From the NCBI GenBank assembly GCA_012295275.1, contig CM022670.1, positions 21,080,001 to 21,144,000 on the forward strand: 64,000 nucleotides of DNA, read 5' to 3'. The notes beneath the pieces were generated by a model. The model was given only the letters and a program-made list of their open reading frames with translations. It was not told where the DNA came from and searched no databases. The position numbers and the translations under genes were made by a program. This DNA is from Chrysomallon squamiferum (Eukaryota > Animalia > Mollusca). Shown here piece by piece: positions 28,888-41,675 of the stretch. Numbering within the stretch: position 1 is the first letter of the stretch; the number at the start of each line of letters is the position of its first letter.

Positions 28888-31800
28888 AAAGAAAGAAAAG
28901 ACAAGAAAAGCAGAATAAATGCAAAAACAAAACAAATAACCCTCTACTCAAAGAGCATTAAAGTAAATCAGACTGTTTTAGTTATGACATAAATTCTAAA
29001 TAGTTTTATTGTGGAATGAACAACTACTTAGTGACACTTAACACATTTTAATATTAGACTCTTCTCAGGTTTCAGACATTTGGTTCAATTTATGTTATTT
29101 GGTGGGGTTTTTCTAACTGCAGGTATTTGGCATAAATAAATTGACACACACACACATACAAACATACACACACAAGTATCAAGTACTAATTTTAATAAAT
29201 AGTTGATAGGTTTGAAGTATACACAATCATGATGAAATCTGAATTCTGCTGTTACCCCTGTACAGACCTATTGATGCCTATCACTACAAAGGGATCTTTT
29301 AAATGCAGCACAGAGGAAGATGCACAATGCAGCATTTAATACACAGACTGTCAGACTTCAGCTTTATGGCAAATAGCCCAACAAAGAAGAATCAATCTTG
29401 TGACCTCTCACATTTCAGCCCAAACATTCAGCCTGATGCAGTTAACACTCAGATCTATGGAAATATAATTAATTAACTGAGACCTGCAATTTAGATCTTC
29501 ATTACAAAGAAAAACCAGGATGGGCATACCGATGACCACGTGAGGTGTTTTCTGATCATAAAATATTTACAACTGTTTGACCACTCCAAAACACGAAACC
29601 TTTCAGCTTTATTTGCTTTCTTCATTAAAGAGCACACCTGTTCCTTTATATAATCCACTCCCATGAAAAGGATGAAGTTCTGTTCCTGTTTCTTTTTTCT
29701 TGTTTAAGACCTTATCAGAATTATTGTTATTAAGGATCTGCAACCTAGAAATTAAGACTAATTCTGTTCTCTAAATATACAGACAGGAACTTCATACGTT
29801 CACTTCAGCTTTAATAAACTATTAAATAGTGTAATAATTACCACAGATTTACATAATTAAATAAACAATATCTCAGTGTAGAAATATTTAGCAGCAATTC
29901 TTCTCAGTGGCTTTTTTGTGCTCCTTGTTGAAACTGGTCATTTACGTTTTATTTTGAATTCTCTATTCATGCTTCATATGTCTGTTTGTAAGAAAAGTGT
30001 CTCTCTCTGAAAATCATTTACTCAAATTACACATGAAGTATATTAAATTAACAAATATCATATTTTGTTTTCATTTTTTTTCATCTATTCAAATTTTCCT
30101 GTATCATCAGCTGTTTTACCTTAAACAAACAACAAGTAACAAAACAGACTGTGGATCACCGGACGAACCTTAATCAAGAGAAGAATAGCAATCGCAGCAG
30201 CAGGGCAAGAATTACTTGAACAGAAATAATTCAGTTTTCAGTATTAATGAATGTCTGGCTCGGTAATTAGGTGTGGGTGTGTTCTTGTGCAAAGTAAACC
30301 TTTCTACCAGTCACAGGTGTGGGAGTGCTCCATGTAGGGGTTAGAAAAGATGAATTATTTAACAGTGGAAACACAATCCTTGCAAGGATAGGCTAGACGG
30401 ATGAGTGGAACAAACAGCTGATGTAATATTTATTTCTGGTTTAATTACTTGATGGAAATAAAAGTGATTTGATGGGTAAAGGTAATAATGATAATGTCAA
30501 TACTGTTATTACTATAAACAGTACAACTATTGTTACTTTTATGATAATAATGATGTTGATGATGATGATAATCTCTTATGAATCCAAGTTATGTAATTTA
30601 GAAATAAAAACATTTTCACACTTGTGCTTATGCACAAATAATATTAAAAATAATAAAGTGTTTAGAGATTTAAATCATTAAAAACAATTTAAAAAATACA
30701 AATAATAATACAAAATAAATAAATAAGAATTAGAATGACAACGATGATGATGATAATAGTAATAATAAAAATAAGTTGGGTGTATTTAGCTTCATTGAAG
30801 ATAGTTATATTCATTTTTGGAATGTTTAAGAAACAACATTGCTATTTACCAATATGAAGGAGTTAGGTAACAAAGTATACACTCACTGACTATCATGTTC
30901 TAACATAACTGATGCTTTCATGATGTCTTTCTTGTGAACAGGACCAATGTTGATTCCAGCATACTGAAAATAACAATAACAGCTTAGAATTAAATAAAAT
31001 AAATTAAACAAACTCAAAAAAAAGAAGAAAAAAAAAGTAAAATAATAATAATAAAATAAATTTAAAAAATGTATATTATTTTCAGAAAATATTTTTTTAT
31101 TTTTAAATTAGAATATCTGTAGGTTACATTACATTTGTCCTATGAAAATTATGTAATAACACTTTTATTTTTAAAATAAAAAGTAACTATTATTTACTGG
31201 TATTTTGGAAGTTCTTAAGAATTCCAATAAGGCCTCGAGTGATCCAAGAGTTGACGCCTGAACGAACACGCCACGCTCAGTGACATTGATAGAATTGAGC
31301 ACTTCTGCTAATGCATGGGCTAGTTCACTCTGAAAAAAAAAAAAAAAAAAAATTATATATCACTGTGTGCATATGTGTGTGCATATGTGTGTGCATATGT
31401 ATGTGTGCATATGTGTGTGTGTATGTATGTATGCACATATGTATGGGTTTGTAAATATATAGGGGTAGAATTTTTAAAAAATTTTATGGAAAGGTTTATT
31501 TGGCTTTTTCATTTTAAAAGTTAAGAACAACTGAGATACCTAATTAATGTAACACTGAAAAGTATTACTTGATTACCCAATATGGCAGTGTCCATGTTGT
31601 TGTTTGTGTAGTCAACATTTATGGGAAGGGGACATGGATAAAGCACATAAGACTGAGTTTTAAAGCCAAATTTTGAGGCACCAAGGCAGGTAAGGAGGGA
31701 AAATGTGGCAACAGCCATTGATGCCATGGAAAAAGTCAAACCCTGAAAATATATATGTAACTTTGTATCTGTGTATTCATTTATTCATGTACGTATTTTT

Positions 31801-33798
31801 TAACACTGAAATGAATATAAAAATAGAAACAAAAAGTTCATCTTTGAAGTCCTACATTGACTGGCAAACTGACAAAACTTCACAAGTCATCACACCTCTG
31901 TGGCTCACAGTCATTACCACCTGACAATGTCCACTTCACACCAGCTGTGTGGGCAGTCACCAGTTCCGGTATTTACAATTTTTTTATGTGACACGTGACA
32001 ACACACATTTCTACAGTGTGACACTAGCTGCGTACAATGTTTGGGTCACAACTTCTGACAACTCTTTCTGGTTAGGTGATAAACAACACAGTTATGATCT
32101 TCAAGTTTACTTAATTATTTTTCAAGATAAGTAATTAGGAATATTTTTGCAGTCAATTATAAAAGGTGTGTCATAGTTTTTAGTTATTTCAGGTATGTTA
32201 CTGATGCTGGTTTAAATTATGAGCAACAAAATAACAGGTGTGAAGTAAATATACAAACTTTGAGTATAGAGGTGACCTTGAGATTCCAGTAAGACTGAAA
32301 TACTGGTGGACATTTGCATTAAAATTTGTTAATGCTAATTGCTAATATATACATACAGACACACAAATAAAGGAAATGAAAATAATAATAATAAGTATTC
32401 ACCTTGTAGTATTCTATCTCGTCAGAATTTCTGGCGACATACAGGGGCAGTCCTGCCAAAGCTTTCTCCAAGTCTTTGGCAATGATCTTCACACCCTGAG
32501 CTGCCTTGATTTCTTTGTGATGTTCAAACTGATTCTGAAATGGAGCAACACAAATTTTTATACGTATCATCTGTGTAAAAATATTTCATAAATACTATAA
32601 AGTATAATCAAGTGAACAGTAACCCAAGCCTTTCTTTGGATATTCATCTGTATTTATTTTTAGTTCAAAATTATCTGATTTAAAAAAGAGAAAAATAGTA
32701 AGAGAAATGAAAGAAGTACTGATTAACATCCTTTTGTTAATCCTGTTTTAACTAACAAAACCCAGAAAATATATGCTGAAGGTAACTTTAAAAACAGCAA
32801 TAAAAATTCCACAAGGTGCTATTAATATTTTTTTCTAACCACTATTGATGTTTTCATCTGCCTTCAGGCATAGTAACTAATTTAATAAATTCTAGTATAT
32901 ACATTTCAAATATACATAAAACATTCTGTATATAAATATATAAATAATAATAATAATAATAAATAAATAAAAATTAAAATTAAAATTAAAATTAAAAATT
33001 AAATTAAAAACAAAAGTATTTCATGTAAATAATATTTTTTTCTTCTACCATTCCATCACTTCAACAGTTACCTTGACCCGCATTTCTTTCATTGGCTGAG
33101 GCATCAGAAGTCCTCTGATCTGAGTAGTGATTGGTCCTTCAGTCCCTGCTATCACAATTGTGTCCCCTTCACTCAGTTTGCCATTAACTAGAATCACATC
33201 CACCGTAGTACCCAAACCATGAATAGCTTTCACCTGCAAAACAAAACATATTATTAATTATTTACGTTTAATGAAATGGCTTCAATGAAAGTCTATTTAA
33301 TTTGAGAAATAATAAACATATTTTTTCTCTATATTATCTTATAATTTTTTTTGGAATTTTTAAAATTTTTAATATATTCAAAAACTCCCTAAGTCAGCAG
33401 AAATAATAATAATATTAAGTTACCCTTGGGCAATTACAATCTTATTGTTGGTTTACATGCAACAGGCAATTTATTTATTTATAAATTTTAAAAAAAAAGG
33501 GTCTGTGCCACACTGTTTGTCTCATGTGTTATTACTCTCTGGGCTCCTGCCAAGCAATGCCCTGTTGCTCTATAATTAACAGTTGTAAGTAATAGCTTTA
33601 TCAAAGGCCATGCAAAGTAAAGGTTTTTTTTTTTTTTTTTTTTCTAAAGGAAGATACACATATATAAAAATCCACACATTTAACATGTGGTATGTGACAG
33701 CAATTTTTGTCACAAATCAAGAGAAATAAAATTAAAATGAAGTAAAGAATTAGAACTAAAATGGTGAGAAAAAAATCAATATAAAAAAAGAAAAAAAG

Positions 33799-33877
<79 letters not shown>

Positions 33878-36800
33878 AAAAAGAAAAGAAGGAAAGAATA
33901 AAAAAGAAGAGAAAAATAGAAAAATAAATAATATCCAACCACACCTTGGCTAATTTCACACAATAAAGCCAACCCACATTTCAAACTCATATACTAAACA
34001 AACACTGAGAAATCCTTGTACAAACACAGTGAATTGTGTGTAAGAGGGAAGAGAAGCAAATCACCATTGTGATATTGGAACACCTGAAGAGTGAACACAG
34101 ACTGAATCCACTGATTCTGTTATATCTATTAACTTTAACACAATCTGCACTCAAACCCAGCCTGATGAATGGATAGGAAATACAACAGTAAAGAAGTATT
34201 ACATTTTAAAAATATTTCAATGTAAGATTTAAATATGAATTAATTATTATTATTTAAAATATATCTGTAAAAGATTATGATATATGAAAAGACCTTAAAT
34301 GACTTGATAATCGATCAAATCAATGGCAGAACTTGTATGTGCTGTCATCTTATATTTTTTAAAAAGGTATTTATATAATAAAAATAATAATAATAATAAT
34401 GATGATGACGACAATGATGATGATAAAACAACAATAATAATAACATGCTTATTTAATAAGGTTTTACATAAGTTCTTGACTTGCATCTGACCATCAACAT
34501 CAAGTAATATATCATTTTCATGACTGACTGACATATTTACATTAATTGGAAATATGTTTTAAAAAAACAATTGATAAATAAATAAATGAATAAATTACAC
34601 TTTGTCAAATTTTATTACATTTTAAAAGACCAAAATGTCCTCTGCCAAAACCAGACACAGGCTGCCTGGCCTGCCTGTCAAAACAAGATGGCTGAACAGG
34701 AAGTTCCACAATAGATGGGGGGTGAGGTGAATTAGTGTCCAGGAAATGAACATAATCAACTAAATGCCCATCTTGTTACTCCGGATACAATCAAGACTGA
34801 CCAGCAGTGTGGTGGTGGTCAGCCTCCATCCACACCAATCAGAAAGCTGGACATCAAAGTGGTCAGACATGTGTGCTCTTTCTTCAAGTTCCAGCTGCTT
34901 CATCCAGTGGTCTGATACATTCATAAAGCTTTGTAAAGAAGTCATGCTCGCTGGGCTGGAACAGCTGTGTGATGGAGTGAATCAAAGTGGAGTCTGACCA
35001 GGTATCTGCAGACTACACAAGCATTTCATCAGTACAAGCAGACATCGCATGTACTTGTCTCAGCTGATGAACTACATGGCATGGACATCTTATTAAAATA
35101 ATCAGTGTCATACTGTCTGTGCTAATAAGGAAGTAATTACTATGAGTTAAAAGAACCAAACAAAGAACCCCTCAAAAAAACCCTACCTCACAATCTCTGT
35201 ATTTTTTTATGTATAAATAATAGTAATTATATCCCCCAAACACACAAAAATATGCATGCACACAAACATACAAAAATGCATGTATGCACACAAAATTATC
35301 AAGACAGATTATCAAGAAAAAAACAACTATAAAGTTAATCATAACACAATAAATAACAATATTTTATGTATTATATATATGTATAATCTGTGAATTATAA
35401 CAGAGAACAAAACCCCCAACAAAAACCACTTGTCATAAAGTAATCCCAAAAAAAAAACAAGAACAAAAAGCAACCCCCTCAAACCCACCCAAAAATAACA
35501 AAAAACAAAAAAGAAAATGTATGCAATTTATAATGCAATAAAAAAAAAAAAAAATGTACGAAGAAAAACCTGTATGACTTTGTAATAGGCATCAAACAAT
35601 AGAAATAAATCTTTAAGATAAAATGTACAATCACAAAACATCTAACTTTCAAGAAAACGCAGTCTAAATTAATCAAAACCTTGCTATTCAAATTTACCTA
35701 GCTGATGCTATCTAACATCATAAAGTCAATATTTACCTTGAGGTTATCGAAAGACACAAAAAGGCTGATAACGAATATGGCCTTAGTCAATAAAACCATT
35801 CATAATTGTCAAGATGTTTAAAAATCTGCTGAATCAGCAGTACTGATAACATCGTTCACCCAAGACAGGTATCATTATTCATATTTTATGACAACATATT
35901 CTTTTACTCTTTATTTTATTATTATTATTATATTTTTTTTTAAAAAGAAGAAAAGTATTACCTCATTCCATAAACAAAACAAAGCAAAAAATATTTTTAA
36001 TGAAAGAAAAAGTGGACAAACACTAATTAAATCTGTATTTTGAATAAATAAACTACAGAACAAATATGTGTGTGCATGTGTGTGTAAATTTTAAAAGACA
36101 TTTCGTTGTCAAACACAAAATTAAACACACACACACACACATGCACGCACACACACACACACACACATCCAGATACATAAACAAACAAACAAAACATTTA
36201 CCTACACAACTTTATGCATGCACATGCACATGCATATGCACACACTCACATACATAAAATGCACGCAGTAAGCCAGAACAACAATTCAGAAAGGCAGGAC
36301 GGAGTATTTTTCAAAATATTAAAATTAAGAATTCCTTGCAGTGATAAATGTAACTGGAAACTGACTACATAAGGATGAGGTGACGTTATTTTTCATTCAC
36401 TGTAATACGTGCCGGTTCGCGGAGAAGCCACAATGAAAAGGCAATCACCGAGGCGGAAAATTAACAAATTGTAACGACCTTCCCACCTGTCACAATATCA
36501 TGCAATAAATTCAGGTGGGGAGTGGTGTGTATTTCACATGACACCACAGCCTCCATTATTCTTGCAGAGCAGTGAATCGGCTACATGAATGAGGTAGAGT
36601 TGCGAGTATGGAAAAGAGAGATGACGGGATTTAAGTGGATTAAAGTAGATTTTGAGGATTAAAGTGGAGTAGAGTGGTTGCATTTCGTGCTTTTGTTTGT
36701 TTGGGTCATTTAATCTGTGTATCATGGATACATTAAACTGGTCACGAGTTGTTTATTTTGGTTTTTAAAATACAGTAATAATAATAATAACAATTATCAT

Positions 36801-39800
36801 AATAATAATAATAATAATAATAGGAGTTGCATTTCATGCTTGTTTTTAAATATTTGTATGACTGTAACAACTGATCAACTTAACATTAAAAAAAAAAAAA
36901 ATTACTATGATTTTTTTTTTGAAATATGAAAATATTAAAAAAAAAACATTAAAAGTAACAGAAAAAGTATTGAAAGAAATACAAAGAATGGAAAAAAGAG
37001 AAAATACATCAATAAAAAAATAAAATAAATAAAAAATATAAATAAAGTAAAATAAAATAAAATAAAATAAAAATAAAAATTAAGGGAGAAGAGAGAGATA
37101 CAGAAAACAAGAATGATAAATAATAAATATGGATGTTTGTTGATCTAAATTTAAATATTAGCAAAAGAAAATGTATGAGATGTGATGTTTTCTTTTTAAT
37201 ATTTTATCTAAAGGGGTATTTATTATGTGGTTCCCTGCTCAGGTTGCTGTATTAAACAATTTGAATTTTTCATTACATTTGATATTACCAATTCAAATGT
37301 CCGTATAAAAACAATTATATATTTTTTTATTTCTTACAATTTAAGAGAAACAAATATATAGTGGTTATCTTTCTTGCACTGCTTATTTGGATTGCTGGCA
37401 TAATTCTTCATCTTAGATCTGTGTCTTCTTTTTAACATTATTTACTGCTGTTATTATCATTATTATTATAAATTAAAAGATAGTGACAAATGAAAAAGGT
37501 TTCAAATGAATATATCATGATGCTACACCCCATCAAGAAGAAACTAACAGGAACTTAAAGTAAACAAAATGGTAATTCATGAACATAAATACAGAAATTG
37601 CAATAAACAAATACAACACAGTAATATACTGTCAGGCTGTTTAAGCAATAAATGCTTTGTACTAATCATATAAACTGTTATTTATACAGTTCATGATTAT
37701 ATCCCCATTTTGTTATTACAAGATCAAAATGGTCTTAAGAAAACTATTCTGAATTACGTTTCAGATCATTAAAACAGTACAGACTTATATTTCTATATAA
37801 AGAATTAAGTTGTACAATTCCCTTTTAATAATAATAATTAAAAAAAAATATTGCTGTTTAAAGAATTAGAATAATGAAAGATAATTAACAAATATCACTA
37901 CATAAAAAAAACTACAGTTCTACAACTTTACAATTCCACAATAATTAAAAAGGATAAAGAAAGAAAAACAACAGCATTACAATTCCACACAATAATTAAA
38001 AAAAAAAAAAGAAGATAATTAACACATAAAAACGTTAAGGTTCTACAACTGTACAATCCCACACAAAATTAAAAAAAAAAAGAAGAAGATAATTAACACA
38101 TAAAAACGTTAAGGTTCTACAACTGTACAATCCCACACAATAATTTAAAAAAAAATGAAAGATAATTAACACATAAAAATGTTAAGGTTCTACAACTGTA
38201 CAATCCCACTGTGTACTTCTTCCATTTACCTCAGCTTCCTCTTCCCTCCCCCCCACCCAGCCAGCGGTAGAACAAACAAAACGAGATTTGCCCACGACAA
38301 ATAACCATTGATTTATTTCAATAAACTGCCAATGCAAAAGCCAGCAGGAAGATATCCAGCGCTGTGTCAATCTGCTGGCAGAGACTGGCGGATCTGGGTT
38401 CAGTTGCTCGGGCCCATTTGACACTGGGCAAACAGGAAGTCCCTGCTGCTGCTGCCAAACATCACAAAGATTGTGCAAACTCTGTCGACAAACTTTTGTT
38501 TGGGTAAATTAGCTCGCGTGCTAATCTTGTGTGTGTCAGAGGACCTGTGACATCACACTGACACCTGGACCAGCGTAACCATGCCAAGTGTACACGCTCA
38601 TTAAAGGAGCGAGAGTGAGATGGCAATTTCCTGTGTGTCCGAATTAAAATATAATTCTTGTGATAATTTTTCATCCGATAACGTCAGTGTGAATGAAATT
38701 GTGATTTCCTGCATTCAAGTTGAATTACAGGTTTTAAAATTTTCATAAAATTCTTTCATTAAAAAAAAAAAAAAACAGAACCCAAAGACATTGCAGTTGC
38801 CTATAACAAACTTAAATAACAGTTGATTCATTTTAATCTTTTTTAGATTTGAAATTACTATTTCATTGTAAAAATGCATTTAGAATTTCGTGTATGCATA
38901 CTGAAAATATGTTGATAATTAATTTTATTGATTTTTTACTATATAAATGCAGGTAGGTTATAATATAATTTTTACTTATTTTAGTTTTGATTTTTAAAAA
39001 ATATTTGATTTAATACAGAAATAACAACAGCAACAAAACAAACCCAAAACCCAACATATTTCTGTTTTCTAGATAAATTGTTTTATTTTTCACTCTTTTT
39101 ACTTTAATATCTTCAAAAAAAAAAAAATTAAATATAAAAATAAAAAAAAAGCCCTACATATTAATTTTTTTTAAATTTTGCCGCCCTTTCCTTTTTCTCT
39201 TACATATATATATATATCACAGAAAAATCATTATATTACATCTCGTCTTATTTATATGCCTAGAGCTAAAAATTCGGCTTTTTTCATGAGATTCCAGTTT
39301 CAGAGAACAACTAACTGTGTATATAAAACAACCCTTACTATTTATTGGAAAGAAAAACCAATTTGTCAGCAACAGTATATCCAATTTAAATAGAAAAAAG
39401 AAAAAACCAGAAAGCATTGTTTTCCTTTAATTTAATATTATCAACACAAGAAATAAAATGCACTATCTGCAATTAGACTCATTTTTATTTAAAGCATTTC
39501 TTTCTATTGAATGTGCTCAAACACATTAAATAAAATAAGTTTTGTTGTAACTGGACTTACATTTCCACAACAGGCAAAAGAGGAGTAAATTTAAGGTTAG
39601 GAATATAATATCAAGGAATTAACAGAGTAATGTCTGATATAATACTAAATTTAGCACATTAAATTACTATATATTGTTATTATGTAAGAACTGAACAAAC
39701 ATGTTCAGTTCTCTTTGTTGGCAATCTGGTTCATAAAAATGAGTCAACCACTGCTTGGCTTCAGGCCAGACTAGTCTCAATAAACCATGATGTTTCAAAT

Positions 39801-41620
39801 ATATGCTACACTTTGGAAACCAGTTTAAACTGATTCTCGAGAACCAGACTATTTTTGTTTTTAATTCAGTAATGTTTTACTTGTTGTTTATTCAAATTAA
39901 TATAATTTTAGAAATATTTCACACGAATCCAAATGGATTTGGATGTTTTATGTTTGTGTGAATCTTAGTGTGAATCAGATTCATAGATTCACATGAACTT
40001 CTTAGCCCTGATGACAATTATTCAAAGTTTTGTAATTTTTCGAATTACTGTAAATTACATTTATTAAATGCTGCTGTTATGAAAGATTTACTGACATTAT
40101 CTCTGACATTATTAGTTACAGCTTTTATCCAACAAGAAAATGCAAAAAAAAAAAAAAAAAAAAAAAAAAACCCTCCTAGTTCTAGCCTTAATATCAAAAC
40201 TAATATTAATACTGTCTGGTTAATACAATATAAGATTGTATCTATTTTGATGGGATTTTTCTGAAAATCGAAACAATATTCCTTAAAAGAAACAAGTTAA
40301 AAAAGAAACAATAATAATAAGAAGAAAAAAATAAAGAAAAAATAAAAATAAATTATAAAAATCTTTTTATCTGAAATGACAACAAAATCCAAAAATCCAA
40401 AAAGCAAGAAATATTACAAGAGAAAATAAAAATAAAAATATATTCTTGAAAATAACATTCTTGCTTGCAACAAGACATGTATTTTTATAATCAAAGAGCG
40501 GAAATATTAATCAAAACGCTAAAGACATGATAGCAACATGACAGTTGCACAGCCGAATATTAATGTAGTGTGCACAATGAACAAGCTTTAAACAGGAAAA
40601 TTATGTGGAACCATTTATCTGTAATATACGTAATCCAAAATAAATAGAAATATTTGTACACAGACATATAGATGCATAAATAATTTACAAAGAAATAAAA
40701 TAACATGATTCTTTGACATAAAATGATAAAGGTTTCCTTTCTGTACGAAGAAACCAAAAATTCTGGTTGTCTCAAGGAATAAATATATCTTCCTTTAACA
40801 GCAGCTTAAAGACTAACTAATTGGTTTCAGATGAAAGTATAGTGGATTCTGTCAAAACCTGATTCACTTGGGGACCAACAAGATATGCTATTTTAAACAG
40901 AGTACCAGTTTATAAAGTTTAAATGTGAAATTGGAATATGTTTTATTATATCTGTTAAATGTCTATCTGCAGAAAAATTGTCTATCACCGATGACTGCAT
41001 TTTTTTCACATATCTCTCCAAAGCAAACTCCTCTGTCATGGCCTCCATGTTTAACATTGGTTGCAAAACATTTAATATGTTTTATAATTTTAAGAATGTC
41101 TGTATATGAATGTTCAGGTCACTGGGTCACTGTTCGTGTTGTCAATTTTTGAATTTGCCAGGTGTTATTTTCTGCTGAAATATTGGTTTCGCACAATTGC
41201 TGGTAATGGTCACTGCATTTTAAAATGTCAGTCACTGATTACATGTTTTAAACTGTGCAGTAAAGGTTCATGCAATGGAGTGATGTGGGAGAAATACTTG
41301 CAGTTTTCTTTTAAACTTTGCCTTTCTTTATTTATTAATGAATCATGTGACCAACTGTATGAATAGCTGCAGAAAATGCATTGTTTTAAATGCATGAGTC
41401 TGTATAAAAATCTTGTTAAAGGCCTGCTACTTGCAAAACTTACAACCTGTTCTTTTTTCAACTTTATACCCAGAATCTGAAGTAGACAGCATCCTGATTA
41501 GACAGGGTTTTGTTTTTAACAGATTAACAATAGCTGGATGGTACTTTGAAATGGTGCTGGTTTTCATGAAAATCCGGGTTACTGTCTGATTTCTCAGTCA
41601 TTTGCTCTCCCATACAGCTT

Positions 41621-41675
<55 letters not shown>

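Noticed and set aside
35025-35071. Hairpin TTCATCAG...CTGATGAA with TGATGA on both strands
   Set aside because: Only 47 nt with a bulged stem; too short for a pre-miRNA or C/D snoRNA.
36551-36613. let-7-like TGAGGTAG inside a partial hairpin
   Set aside because: The sequence after the seed does not match let-7, it would lie on the 3' arm, and the fold needs a large asymmetric bulge.
37805-38209. Repeat-spacer appearance reminiscent of CRISPR
   Set aside because: The linkers are near-identical A-rich sequence, not unique spacers; eukaryotic intron with no cas genes.
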